Shown here in pieces: positions 6,976 through 16,331 of a stretch of 64,000 nt of DNA. Positions within the stretch are counted from its first letter, which is position 1; each line of letters begins with the position of its first letter. The notes below the pieces were generated by a model. It had not been told where the DNA came from and did not search any database. It worked only from the letters and a program-made list of their open reading frames with translations. Origin of the DNA: Parcubacteria group bacterium (GTDB lineage: Bacteria > Patescibacteriota > Minisyncoccia > Moranbacterales > UBA2206); NCBI GenBank assembly GCA_041675165.1, contig JBAYUI010000001.1, forward strand, positions 6,901 to 70,900. The letters run 5' to 3'. A program made the position numbers and the translations under genes.

Positions 6976-7689
6976 TAAATTATCGAAAATCTCATCCACA
7001 TCATCCAGTTCGTCCAAAACTTCTAAGAGTTTTTCGTAAGCTTCTTTGGTGGCAGGATCGATTTCGGCGATGGTTTTGGGCAGATAGGACAGATTAGCCT
7101 CGGCGATTTTTTGGCCGGAGGCTTTCAACTTGTCTTGCACCTTTTGCAGCTCGGTCGGCTCGGTGAAGATAATGAATGCGCCTTCTTCGGTTTTCATATC
7201 TTTCGCACCAGCGTCGATGGCGACCATTTCTAGTTCTTCAAGATTGCTGTTTTCGTCAGTTTCGATGATGATGGCGCCGACTGGGTCAAAGTTCCACATG
7301 GATGAGCCGGCCTCGCCGAATTTGCCGCCGTTTTTGGTGAGAACGGTTTTCACTTCGCCGAGCGTGCGGTTTTTCTTGTCGGTGGTGGCTTTCACTAGCA
7401 TCATGACATTGCCTGGGCCTTTGGCTTCATAGATAACTTCTTCCATCTTGTCGCCTTTCAGTTCTCCGCTTCCGCGTTTCACCGCGCGATCAATGTTGGC
7501 CTTGGGCATGTTATAGGAAAGTGCTTTGTCGATGGCCGCGCGCAACTGAAAATTGGTGTCCGGATTGCCGCCGCCAGCTTGCGCCGCAATGACGATCGGT
7601 TTGGCGAGAACAGTGAAAATCTTGGCGCGCTTGGCGTCATTCACGCCCTTTCTTTGCTTGATTCCAGCCCAATGTGAGTGTCCTGACAT
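6973..7689 (-). CDS. yebC: YebC/PmpR-family DNA-binding regulatory protein
   Basis: MSGHSHWAGIKQRKG... is the canonical YebC N-terminus. The track ORF extends to 7767, but the internal Met at 7689 matches the family start. Confidence 0.85.
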   Translation of the reverse strand: MSGHSHWAGIKQRKGVNDAKRAKIFTVLAKPIVIAAQAGGGNPDTNFQLRAAIDKALSYNMPKANIDRAVKRGSGELKGDKMEEVIYEAKGPGNVMMLVKATTDKKNRTLGEVKTVLTKNGGKFGEAGSSMWNFDPVGAIIIETDENSNLEELEMVAIDAGAKDMKTEEGAFIIFTEPTELQKVQDKLKASGQKIAEANLSYLPKTIAEIDPATKEAYEKLLEVLDELDDVDEIFDNL

Positions 7690-7801
7690 AAAAGATATTG
7701 CTAAATGGTTAAATAGACATACTACTAACGGCCTATTCAGTCTAACAGTTAAAAAAGAGAAGTTCAAGGCGGATATGATCAGGCGGAAAGAAGGTTATTT
7801 T

Positions 7802-9871
7802 TCATATCACATTCAAAACCCGATTGATCCCGGAATTTATTTTCAACCAAAAAGTTTCGGCGAAAGTTATGACCCAATGTTTTTGGGGAATAGCAGAAGT
7901 GAAAGTGTAATAATTTCCATCATAAATAACTATTCTGGCACCGAGGACGTGGGGAGTGGCATTGTTTATAGCCGCGGGAATTTCAAGGGCGGAACTGAAA
8001 GTGGCCAGTTCGATCTGATAGTTTTGTTTTTTCTGCCAGGCCGGATCAAGGGAATATTTTCCCAAATCAGCCGCGGAAATTGTAGGTGCTGGTGTGAATA
8101 TGGCTGGTGGTGCGTCTTGCTTATTTTCGGCGGACGCAAGGCTCGCTCCTTCGGCAGTGGCCGGTTCGGACCATTCCCAATTGCTGCCTTCTTTTTTCTG
8201 GTAAAGTGTTTCTTCTTGGATTGACTTCTTCCCGTGGTCATATTGAATTTTTTGCACGGCCTTGCCAGATGGATCGCGCAGCTCAAGCTTGTCCTTGGCA
8301 TTGGTCAGGGTGAAAGCGCAAATGTCATGGCTTAATTTTTTAGTTTTGTCGGCCTTGATGAAGAAATCTTCGCGGATCGGATGGTTCACGAGATTGTCCC
8401 AGCCGGTGGCAACAGACCAGCCTTTCAAATTCATTTTCTTTTTGGAATTGTTTTGGATTTCAATCCATTCATTTTCAGTGTCACTGCCTTTCGGGTTGGG
8501 GGAGATTTTCATGATCCAGATTTTTGGTGCCACATATTTTTTCACCTCGACCGTGAAAGCATAAAGCGCGTCTTCACCGTTGCCGGTGATTTTGAGACTG
8601 GCGGCATAGTGGCCAGTTTTTTCATACTTATGCTTGGTTTTTTGCAGGTAACTTTTATGCCCGTCGCCGAAATCCCAAGTGAATTTTTGGGCATCGCGGC
8701 CGGCTTTGACTTCGAAATGGGCATAAATATTTTTGTACATCTCATCATCTTTTGAAATTTTTCCATGGAGGATCTTGTCGAATAGGTTTTCCTTTCCGGG
8801 TGTAGTGAGTGAAGTCCAGCGCCAAGCGGTGCCGTCGAAAGCGTAGGCATGACCAGATTTGGGTGAGGCATAGGCGCGGCTGTCTACTAGGGCTTTACTC
8901 GCGTCATACAAGAAAACCGTATCGCCTTTGGAATCGTTGTTGAGAGAAAATGTGCCATAGAAAACATCAAGATTGTCATTTTTGTCCAGACTGGAGATTT
9001 TTTTGCAGCTGCCTTTTTCGCCCTTGTCATTTTCTGTCTTATCCTTCAAACACCACTTCGAAAAATCAATCTCTTGTCCGCTGGAATTTTCAATTTCCAC
9101 AAATTCTTTTTCGCCCGCCGCAGTCAGGGGCGCGGGATAAATCTCGTTGATTTTTACCTGATCAACATAGTAAGATTTTTTAGAAGTGTCGCTGTCGGGG
9201 TCATTGTCAGGGTCTGTGTCGCCATCTCCGCTGGCGCAATCTTTTTCATCGGAATTTTTTTGGCCGGGAGTGCCGCCCAAGACGCAGCTTTCATGCCAAC
9301 CATTTTTTTCGAAATCATTCCGTTCGATGCTTTTCTTATCGGCGGGATTTTTGATTGCGTTTTTGTCAAAATATGCATTGGCTCCAAAACCTAAAAAATC
9401 TAGAACGTTTTCTTTTTTGTTTCCTGATGTGCTGATATAGACCGCGCCATCGGCCACGAGAGAATTTCCAACGGTTGAATAAGTTGCGTCAACAGCGGTA
9501 TCGGTGGTGTTATCGGCATAATCCTTGGAAGATATGAGGAAATAGCCTTTGGCAGGAACGGTTTCATGGATAAAGGTCAGGGTTTTGGAACTGTCGGAGT
9601 TGGCAGAATTTACGAGATGCAATTTCAAAGGCAAGGATTTTAGATTGATATCGGCATCGGTTGGATTGTAAATTTCCAGGAACTCTTCCGCGGCGGAGTT
9701 TCCTCTGGGTAAAACTTCAGAAAGTAATAAGTTATTCTGGACATCATCCGCTCGACATTCTTTTTCCCAATAAAAAACTGCCAACAGAAAAATCGGCAGT
9801 AAAACAAGGAGCCTAAAAACAAAAAACAAACCTTTATTTTTGTCCGCCTCTACGGCGGATAAAGTTCTCAC
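7802..9871 (-). CDS. Secreted/anchored protein with three lamin-tail (LTD) domains and a PKD domain
   Basis: N-terminal hydrophobic anchor. LTD-like segments (LLLSEVLPRGNSAAEEFLEIYNP, VKINEIYPAP..EKEFVEIEN, IWIMKISPNPKGSDTENEWIEIQN). PKD-like FTWDFGDGHKS...GHYAASLKITG. Confidence 0.65.
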   Translation of the reverse strand: MRTLSAVEADKNKGLFFVFRLLVLLPIFLLAVFYWEKECRADDVQNNLLLSEVLPRGNSAAEEFLEIYNPTDADINLKSLPLKLHLVNSANSDSSKTLTFIHETVPAKGYFLISSKDYADNTTDTAVDATYSTVGNSLVADGAVYISTSGNKKENVLDFLGFGANAYFDKNAIKNPADKKSIERNDFEKNGWHESCVLGGTPGQKNSDEKDCASGDGDTDPDNDPDSDTSKKSYYVDQVKINEIYPAPLTAAGEKEFVEIENSSGQEIDFSKWCLKDKTENDKGEKGSCKKISSLDKNDNLDVFYGTFSLNNDSKGDTVFLYDASKALVDSRAYASPKSGHAYAFDGTAWRWTSLTTPGKENLFDKILHGKISKDDEMYKNIYAHFEVKAGRDAQKFTWDFGDGHKSYLQKTKHKYEKTGHYAASLKITGNGEDALYAFTVEVKKYVAPKIWIMKISPNPKGSDTENEWIEIQNNSKKKMNLKGWSVATGWDNLVNHPIREDFFIKADKTKKLSHDICAFTLTNAKDKLELRDPSGKAVQKIQYDHGKKSIQEETLYQKKEGSNWEWSEPATAEGASLASAENKQDAPPAIFTPAPTISAADLGKYSLDPAWQKKQNYQIELATFSSALEIPAAINNATPHVLGARIVIYDGNYYTFTSAIPQKHWVITFAETFWLKINSGINRVLNVI

Positions 9872-9923
9872 CCGATTTTATTTTATAAAAAAGAAGCGGA
9901 CAAGATCCGTTTCAAAATTTTTT

Positions 9924-10520
9924 CTATGCCGCGTCACCATCATGGTGGATTTTTTTGCTGAGCATATCTGTAAACTCCACATCCTCGGTGTGTTCAAATT
10001 TCTTCTGCAGCTTCATGATCAGGTCCTTGACGGCATAGGGGTCGGGGATGTTTCTGAAGAGAAATTTTTCCGTTTCAGCGGCCGTCTGCACCTCGATGTT
10101 GCCATAATTGAGAAAGGTCGGAATGACACCTTTGACGTCGGTAGCGACGTCCTGGATCTTTTCCAGACGAAGCTCACTGGTCTGTCTGGCGAAGAGCCCC
10201 TTTTGTTCGATATTGACGATGCGTTGGCTGGTAATGATCCAGACGTCGAAATAATAATCGATCCAGATGATGAAAAAGGTGATCCAGATGAAGATGAAAA
10301 ATAAATTGCGTAAAAAGGCAAAAAGCATCTGGAAAGATGGGTCGCCAAAATTATTGTAAAAAACAGCAGTCAATCCATAGGAGCCGAAAAGCAAGACGAG
10401 CATGATGAGGATGATGAAAAATTGGCTCAGGATGTCGAACCAATGACGGTGCAAGACGAGCAGGATCTGTTCGTCCGAGCGTTGCCCATCAAAATGATAT
10501 TTGTTGAAAGAATTTTCCAT
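9924..10520 (-). CDS. Membrane protein with a bacterial PH (bPH_2, YdbS/YdbT-like) domain
   Basis: From the internal Met: MENSFNKYHFDGQRSDEQILLVLHRHW, then two TM helices, then ...IITSQRIVNIEQKGLFARQTSELRLEKIQDV. The first 82 codons of the track ORF look non-coding. Confidence 0.5.
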   Translation of the reverse strand: MENSFNKYHFDGQRSDEQILLVLHRHWFDILSQFFIILIMLVLLFGSYGLTAVFYNNFGDPSFQMLFAFLRNLFFIFIWITFFIIWIDYYFDVWIITSQRIVNIEQKGLFARQTSELRLEKIQDVATDVKGVIPTFLNYGNIEVQTAAETEKFLFRNIPDPYAVKDLIMKLQKKFEHTEDVEFTDMLSKKIHHDGDAA

Positions 10521-10525
10521 AATGT

Positions 10526-10750
10526 TTAGCCGATGAAAAATTGTGAAAATATAGCAGTCCATTTGACGGAGAAAAATAGCAGCATATTGGAAAAAAGGAG
10601 AAGAGCGGAGATTATGATGAAGAGTGGTAACAAAATCTTGTTCAAGCTGGCATTGATGGAATATTTGGCCAAGTGGTAGACGATAAAGGCGTACAGAAAA
10701 ACAAAGGTAAGGACGATGATGGCATAAAGAGTGAGGATGAGGTAGAACAT
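10526..10750 (-). CDS. Small hydrophobic protein (two TM), hypothetical
   Basis: 74-aa ORF, strongly hydrophobic, in a different frame from the 5' extension of the bPH gene. Confidence 0.25.
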   Translation of the reverse strand: MFYLILTLYAIIVLTFVFLYAFIVYHLAKYSINASLNKILLPLFIIISALLLFSNMLLFFSVKWTAIFSQFFIG

Positions 10751-10817
10751 AACGAGTAAATTTCAAATTCTAAATTACAAATTTCAAATAAATTTTAAAA
10801 TAAAAAATGTCAAATTT

Positions 10818-11825
10818 TTAAAACAAACTTCCTTCTTTTTTGTCGTATGCTATACCCAAATGGTTGTAGGCGGCTTCTGTGGCCATGCGTCCGCGCGGGG
10901 TGCGAGTGAGGAAACCGATCTGGATGAGGTAAGGTTCGTAGACATCCTCAATAGTTTTGATCTCTTCGGAAGTGGCCGCGGCAATCGTGCCGAGACCGAC
11001 TGGTCCGCCGCCGAATTTCTCAATGATAGTGGTGAGAATATGCTTGTCGGCCGGTTCGAGGCCCAGCGGGTCGACGTCGATCATTTCCAACGCTTCAAGG
11101 GCGACTGCTTCATTAATTATATCATGATTTTTTATCTGCGAAAAATCTCGGACACGTTTCAGCAGTCGATTGGCGACGCGTGGCGTGGCGCGCGCGCAAG
11201 TGGAAATTTTTTGGAGGCCCGAGTCATCGATGTTCACATCCAAGATACGTCCCGAGCGTTCCAGAATTTTTTTGATTTCGTCATTGGTGTAAAATTCCAA
11301 GCGATGGATGGCGCCGAAGCGGTTTCGGAGAGGATTGGAAAGAGAGCCAAGCTTGGTGGTCGCACCGATCAGGGTGAAATGTGGCAGATCCAATTGGATG
11401 GTGCGCGCCGAAGGGCCTTTGCCAATGATGATATCCAGTTTATAGTCTTCCATAGCCGGGTACAAAATTTCCTCAATAGATTTATTCAGGCGATGGATTT
11501 CGTCGATAAACAAAATATCTCCGTCCTGCAGGTTGGTGAGGATGGAACCGAAATCACCCACGCGCTCAATGGCCGGGCCGGAAGTGGTTTTGATATTAAC
11601 GTTGAGTTCTTTGGCGATGATGTTGGCCAAGGTGGTTTTGCCGAGACCCGCCGGGCCATACAAAAGCACGTGCTCAATCGCTTCTTTCCTGAATTTGGCC
11701 GCTTGGATCAGAATATCCAGGTTTTTTTTGACTTTTTCTTGGCCGACATATTCGCCGAAAGTTTGCGGACGAAGGGTGATGTCAAAAGAAGCGTCTTCGG
11801 GTTGTTCGATGGAAGTGGTGATCAT
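10818..11825 (-). CDS. ruvB: Holliday junction branch-migration helicase RuvB
   Basis: [16 protein letters not shown]...[18 protein letters not shown] (Walker A) and the conserved RuvB core and C-terminal winged helix. Confidence 0.9.
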   Translation of the reverse strand: MITTSIEQPEDASFDITLRPQTFGEYVGQEKVKKNLDILIQAAKFRKEAIEHVLLYGPAGLGKTTLANIIAKELNVNIKTTSGPAIERVGDFGSILTNLQDGDILFIDEIHRLNKSIEEILYPAMEDYKLDIIIGKGPSARTIQLDLPHFTLIGATTKLGSLSNPLRNRFGAIHRLEFYTNDEIKKILERSGRILDVNIDDSGLQKISTCARATPRVANRLLKRVRDFSQIKNHDIINEAVALEALEMIDVDPLGLEPADKHILTTIIEKFGGGPVGLGTIAAATSEEIKTIEDVYEPYLIQIGFLTRTPRGRMATEAAYNHLGIAYDKKEGSLF

Positions 11826-11960
11826 AATAAGTTAAAAATGCAAAATTAAAAGCTAAAAACTGCAATTATCAGTTCAAAGTTTATTGAAAAATAAAGCTTT
11901 TAATTTTTAATTGCAACTTTACATTTTGCACTTTGAACTTTCAACTAATTATACCCCCTC

Positions 11961-11990
11961 TTGACAAAAAAACCAAGCTATGCTATGCTC
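11961..11990 (+). promoter_or_regulatory. Candidate promoter TTGACA-N18-TATGCT with a long structured leader before the lipoprotein gene
   Basis: Read from the sequence. The downstream 270 nt contains the stem GGGAAC...GTGTTCC + T6 and the palindrome CATGTTAACATG. Confidence 0.25.
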
Positions 11991-12263
11991 CAGAGTCATC
12001 CGATTTAGCCGATTTTTGGCTGGATAGATGGCTAGCAGTAAATTGCAGGCAATTGGTGACTTCTATCTTTTGTCATCAATATGGGAACTTTTTTCAAGAC
12101 ATGGGCGATTGGGTTTCGGCTCGGTCGTACCTCGATAGTGTTCCTTTTTTCGGGCTCCTAGTTCGAATTCTTGCCTGCAAATTAGTGTCTAGAAAGCATG
12201 TTAACATGATAACATTTTAGCATGTTAGCAAAGGGGAAAAGTTATTTAACAAAGGAGGTGTGT

Positions 12264-12785
12264 ATGAAGAGCTTGAGAGGCTTATTTTTTTTGTTTTTAT
12301 TATTTGCAATGTTTTTTTCCGGATGTGCGACTCAGGAAGCTGCAAACAACAAAACTGTAATCGGTGAAAAATGCCTTGTCGTGCTGGAAAAAGCGATGGA
12401 AGGATCGCCAAAATCAAAGGTCTATAACAAATCATCCAAAGAAGTGCGCCAGGCTGTTACGGATGTTCTTCGGAAGCAAGGCTTTTCTGATTTCAGAAAG
12501 GGTATCCTGCAAGACGAGATAATCACGGAGAAGCTGAAGGTCGAAAATCCGAATCCGGCCGATATCTCAGAGGATGTTTTGAAAGTATTGGCCGCGGAGC
12601 ATATCCAATTTGTTCAGGCCGGAAAGTTGGTGGTTGTGTCTTGTGATGTGTCTTTTTGCAAGATAGTCGGTTCGGCTTATCGCACGAACCAAGACTATCC
12701 CAAAACAGCGGGTAAAATCAGGGGGGATTTTTTCCAGAGACTTGATGCGGAATTGAATATGGAGTTGAGTGAAAACTCCAAATGA
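12264..12785 (+). CDS. Putative lipoprotein, hypothetical
   Basis: MKSLRGLFFLFLLFAMFFSGC... is a signal peptide with a lipobox-like Cys, after RBS AAAGGAGGTG. The track ORF begins 14 codons earlier. Confidence 0.45.
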   Translation: MKSLRGLFFLFLLFAMFFSGCATQEAANNKTVIGEKCLVVLEKAMEGSPKSKVYNKSSKEVRQAVTDVLRKQGFSDFRKGILQDEIITEKLKVENPNPADISEDVLKVLAAEHIQFVQAGKLVVVSCDVSFCKIVGSAYRTNQDYPKTAGKIRGDFFQRLDAELNMELSENSK

Positions 12786-12806
12786 AATTCAACTTCCGTC
12801 TTGCGC

Positions 12807-12845
12807 AAAAAAGGCAGTTCTATTAAATATAGGCTGCCTTTTTAT
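12807..12845 (+). terminator. Rho-independent terminator
   Basis: AAAAAGGCAG-ttctattaaatatagg-CTGCCTTTTT. Confidence 0.55.
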
Positions 12846-13068
12846 AATGACGGCTTTTACTTTTCTTTTTCCGCAAAAGAAAAAATAACAAAAGAAAACT
12901 CTCAGCTTGGCTCCGTGCGCCAATAAATTCTACGCTCGGCGGCTAAATTTATTAACTCTCTCTGAAAAGACCGACTATGAATAAATTCTTAACGCCGCCT
13001 CACTTGAATTTATAGTGGCGCACTACGCAAGGGCTGAATTGGAATACAAAATACAAAAAAAACACCTT

Positions 13069-13096
13069 AAAAGACTCGGCTTAAGCCGAGTCTTTT
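13069..13096 (-). terminator. Terminator hairpin downstream of the pilB-like gene
   Basis: Perfect AAAAGACTCGGC-ttaa-GCCGAGTCTTTT. The flanking A/T runs allow it to act on either strand. Confidence 0.55.
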
Positions 13097-13145
13097 AGAT
13101 TTCATGTGTAATCATGTGTAAATCAGTGAGAATCAGTGGTTCTGA

Positions 13146-16100
13146 CTAGATATCCGTCACTCGTTCCACTTCTTCCAAGCTCGTCTCGCCTTCCAAGACG
13201 CGCAATACACCGTCTTGGGCCATGGTGAGCATGCCGAGGGAGATGGCTTTTTCTTCCAGTTCGCTCGTGATAGCGCCGCGAGTGATGAGATCTTGGATTT
13301 CGCGAGGCAGACAGAAGACTTCGCTGACCGTCATCCGGCCTTTGTAGCCGATATGATTGCAAATTTCACAACCCTTGGGCTTGTAGATGAATTCAATTTT
13401 TTCCGGCAAGTCAACTCCGGCTTTCGGGGATATGCTTTTCAATGCTTGCTCCAGTTTAATTTTTTCTTCTGCAGTCGGTGTCACTTTTTCTTTGCAATCG
13501 CACAGGCGTCGCACTAGTCGTTGCGCGATGAAAGCGTTGACGGAAGTGGCGATGTCTGAAGAGGCAACACCCATATTTTCCATTCTGGCCACGGCTCCCG
13601 CGGCATTATTAGTGTGGATGGTGGACAAGACCAAATGTCCCGTCAGTGCGGCTTGCACCGCCACTTTGGCCGTTTCATCATCGCGGATTTCCCCGATCAT
13701 CATAATGTCCGGATTTTGACGCAGCAGTTGGCGAAGGGCTGTGGCGAAAGTGTAGCCGCCCGTGTCATTGACGGGAGTTTGCAGGATGCCGGGGATCTGA
13801 TATTCGATCGGATCTTCCACGGTGATAATCTTGATCTCCGGCTTGTTCAATCTTTCCAAGATGCTGTAGAGCGTGGTGGTTTTGCCGCTGCCGGTCGGGC
13901 CGGTGTTCAAAATGACACCATTGGGCTTTTCAATTTCGCGCAGGATCTTTTCCAGATTCTGGCGGCGGATGCCGAGTTTTTCCAGATCATACTCCAAAGA
14001 AGATTTGAAAAGGAGTCGCATCACGACAGTTTCTCCATAGCCTCCGAGGATGATGGAAACACGCACATCGATCGACTTTTCCGCAATTTCAGAAATAGCA
14101 TCGTCGAATTTTATGGTGAAGCGGCTGTCGATCACGCCTTGGCGGACTTCGGTCTTGACGCCGGAAAGATCTTTGATCATTCCGAGGAGCGCCGGGTATT
14201 CATTAAGAGGCAATGAAACGACATTTTGCAATATGCCGTCGATGCGGAACCTGATCTTGACGCTATCCGCTTCCGGTTCGATATGGATATCTCCGACGCC
14301 CAGCATTGCGGCGGCTGAGACAATGAGACCGTTCAATTCGGTCGTCTTGGCCGACCTTAAGATCTCTTCCAATTTCTTGAAGTCCCTGATGTCATCTTTT
14401 ATCTTTTGGAAGGAATTTTTCCTGATGATGATCATCCGGCCCAGAGTTTGCGCCATCAATTTTTCATAAATATTTTCCAAAAATTCTCCTTGTCCCGTAA
14501 CATGCTTCACTTCATCAATGGAAGTTATGCCCGCTACGGCTTTCAAAATGCCGTCTTGCAGCATCGTAATCATCCCTGACTCAAGGGAGGCCACTGCCAA
14601 TTCTGTTTCGCCGGCCATATCCAATATCAATTTTTCAATCTCGTCGTGGATGGTGAGGACTTCAAAAATACCGATGCGCCCCTTATAGCCGATGCCGTTG
14701 CATTTAGCACAGCCTTTCGGTCGATAGAGAACGTCTATTTTTTTCGGAATATCCACTTTGGCTTTGGGAGAAATTATGGACAAGACTTTTTTGATCGATT
14801 CGATCGATTCTTCTGCGGGAACGTAGGCCTCTTTGCACTCGCAAAGTTTGCGCACTAAGCGCTGTCCGATAATGGCATTGACGGAGGGGGAGATCAAAGT
14901 TGGCTTTATGCCGAGCTCGATCAGTCGCGGAACGGCTCCCATTGCGTTATTAGTGTGAAGAGAAGAAAGCACCAGATGTCCTGTAAGAGCTGAATTTACG
15001 GCGATATCGGCCGTTTCATCATCACGGATCTCTCCCACCAAAATGATGTCCGGATCTTGACGCACAATGGCTCTGAGTCCATTGGCGAAAGTGTAACCTT
15101 TGGATTTTTCTATCTGTGTCTGGGAAATTCCTATAAGTTCATATTCGATCGGATCTTCGATGGTGATGATCTTTTTATTGGGCGTGTTCAATTTGTTTAT
15201 GATGGCATAGAGCGTGGTGGTTTTTCCGCTGCCTGTCGGACCGGTGTTTAAAATCATGCCATTAGGAGAATCTATCTGTTTTTGAACGGTCTCGTAAGCC
15301 AATCCTTGCAAGCCAAGATCCTCAACGTTTACGCAAATGGAGTCCGGATCCAATAGTCTCATAACGATCGATTCCCCGAAATTTCCAGGAATGACAGAAA
15401 CCCGCAAATTGATCTTTTTTGTCGCTAGATTGATTTCAAACGTGCCATCTTGGGCAATGGCCCGTAGGTTGATCTTCATTCCTGACATAATTTTTATCCG
15501 AGAGAGGATGCCGGTGAAAACTTTGAGCGGCAGAAAAGCAACATCTTGCAATACGCCATCAATACGATAACGCAAGCGGATCTCTTTGTCCTGCGGCTCG
15601 ATGTGGACGTCTGAAGCGCCGAGCTTGTAGGCACCGGCCAGCATAATATCGAGAATTTTTGTAACGGGCAGTTCGGTGATGCGGTTCTTGAGGGTCAAAA
15701 GGTCCTTCATCTCCTTTTCGAATTCTCGCAGGTCTTCATCGCTCATATTCAGGCTCATCTTATCCAAAGCATCCACGAAAACGACCTGTTTGTATTTATC
15801 CCAGATACGTTTCATATTGGTCTTTGAAATCACAAAGAGCTTGATCTTCCAGCCTTGATCATTTTCCAATTTTTTCAAAAATTCACCCATGTCCGCGCGC
15901 GTCGGATCGGTGGCGGCGATGGTCGCCACTTTGCCCTTGTAGTGGATGAGCGCGATGCCCAATTTCCGAGAGTCGTCTTCGCTCAGGAGCCTGACATCAT
16001 CCTTGCTTATCGGAATGAGATTGGTGTCAGCATAAGGCAAGCCCAGTCCGGAGGCGTAGGCTGAGGCGATCTCTTCTTCTTCTCTTTCTCGGAAAGCAGT

Positions 16101-16175
16101 GATAACTTTTTTCGTCCGAGTTTCTTTCTTAAGCTGTTCTCTGTCCGGATTCTTATTCGGAATAACTTTAAGCAT
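13146..16175 (-). CDS. Tandem-fused double PilB/GspE-family secretion ATPase (type IV pilus/T2SS assembly ATPase, two complete ATPase modules in one 1009-aa chain)
   Basis: Two full copies of the catalytic core in one ORF. Walker A GPTGSGKTTTLY appears twice; Asp box IIT(V/I)EDPIEY twice; His box LTGHLVLS(T/S)(I/L)HTNNA twice. A tetracysteine motif follows each module, and there is an N-terminal T2SSE_N-like domain. Confidence 0.8.
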   Translation of the reverse strand: MLKVIPNKNPDREQLKKETRTKKVITAFREREEEEIASAYASGLGLPYADTNLIPISKDDVRLLSEDDSRKLGIALIHYKGKVATIAATDPTRADMGEFLKKLENDQGWKIKLFVISKTNMKRIWDKYKQVVFVDALDKMSLNMSDEDLREFEKEMKDLLTLKNRITELPVTKILDIMLAGAYKLGASDVHIEPQDKEIRLRYRIDGVLQDVAFLPLKVFTGILSRIKIMSGMKINLRAIAQDGTFEINLATKKINLRVSVIPGNFGESIVMRLLDPDSICVNVEDLGLQGLAYETVQKQIDSPNGMILNTGPTGSGKTTTLYAIINKLNTPNKKIITIEDPIEYELIGISQTQIEKSKGYTFANGLRAIVRQDPDIILVGEIRDDETADIAVNSALTGHLVLSSLHTNNAMGAVPRLIELGIKPTLISPSVNAIIGQRLVRKLCECKEAYVPAEESIESIKKVLSIISPKAKVDIPKKIDVLYRPKGCAKCNGIGYKGRIGIFEVLTIHDEIEKLILDMAGETELAVASLESGMITMLQDGILKAVAGITSIDEVKHVTGQGEFLENIYEKLMAQTLGRMIIIRKNSFQKIKDDIRDFKKLEEILRSAKTTELNGLIVSAAAMLGVGDIHIEPEADSVKIRFRIDGILQNVVSLPLNEYPALLGMIKDLSGVKTEVRQGVIDSRFTIKFDDAISEIAEKSIDVRVSIILGGYGETVVMRLLFKSSLEYDLEKLGIRRQNLEKILREIEKPNGVILNTGPTGSGKTTTLYSILERLNKPEIKIITVEDPIEYQIPGILQTPVNDTGGYTFATALRQLLRQNPDIMMIGEIRDDETAKVAVQAALTGHLVLSTIHTNNAAGAVARMENMGVASSDIATSVNAFIAQRLVRRLCDCKEKVTPTAEEKIKLEQALKSISPKAGVDLPEKIEFIYKPKGCEICNHIGYKGRMTVSEVFCLPREIQDLITRGAITSELEEKAISLGMLTMAQDGVLRVLEGETSLEEVERVTDI

Positions 16176-16282
16176 ATTTTTATTTTAAAAATTTATAGGA
16201 AAGGATGAAATTATAATTATATTTTATCACAGAAAGAGGGAATAAAAAAATAAAAATGAAACGGTGGATATTGGCATTTCAC

Positions 16283-16317
16283 AAAAAAACAAGGTTCTTG
16301 CAGAACCTTGTTTTTTT
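16283..16317 (-). terminator. Terminator hairpin downstream of the nrnA-like gene
   Basis: AAAAAAACAAGGTTCT-tgc-AGAACCTTGTTTTTTT. Confidence 0.5.
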
Positions 16318-16331
16318 GAAGAAAGCGCAGC

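Noticed and set aside
9924-10766. Full 280-aa version of the bPH-domain ORF
   Set aside because: The first 82 codons (His/Cys/Arg-rich) look non-coding and overlap a better small hydrophobic ORF in another frame. The start was moved to the internal Met at 10520.
10860-11849. 329-aa plus-strand ORF antisense to ruvB, and similar long antisense ORFs (284..517, 522..923, 7553..8224, 13614..14216, 55092..55937, 57795..58703)
   Set aside because: They lie within, and antisense to, genes that are strongly supported by homology. No motifs. Typical shadow ORFs.
11930-12200. Possible tRNA-like or tmRNA-like sequence (GTTCGAATTC resembling a T-loop)
   Set aside because: No acceptor or anticodon arms could be built around it. 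Treated as part of a structured 5' leader.
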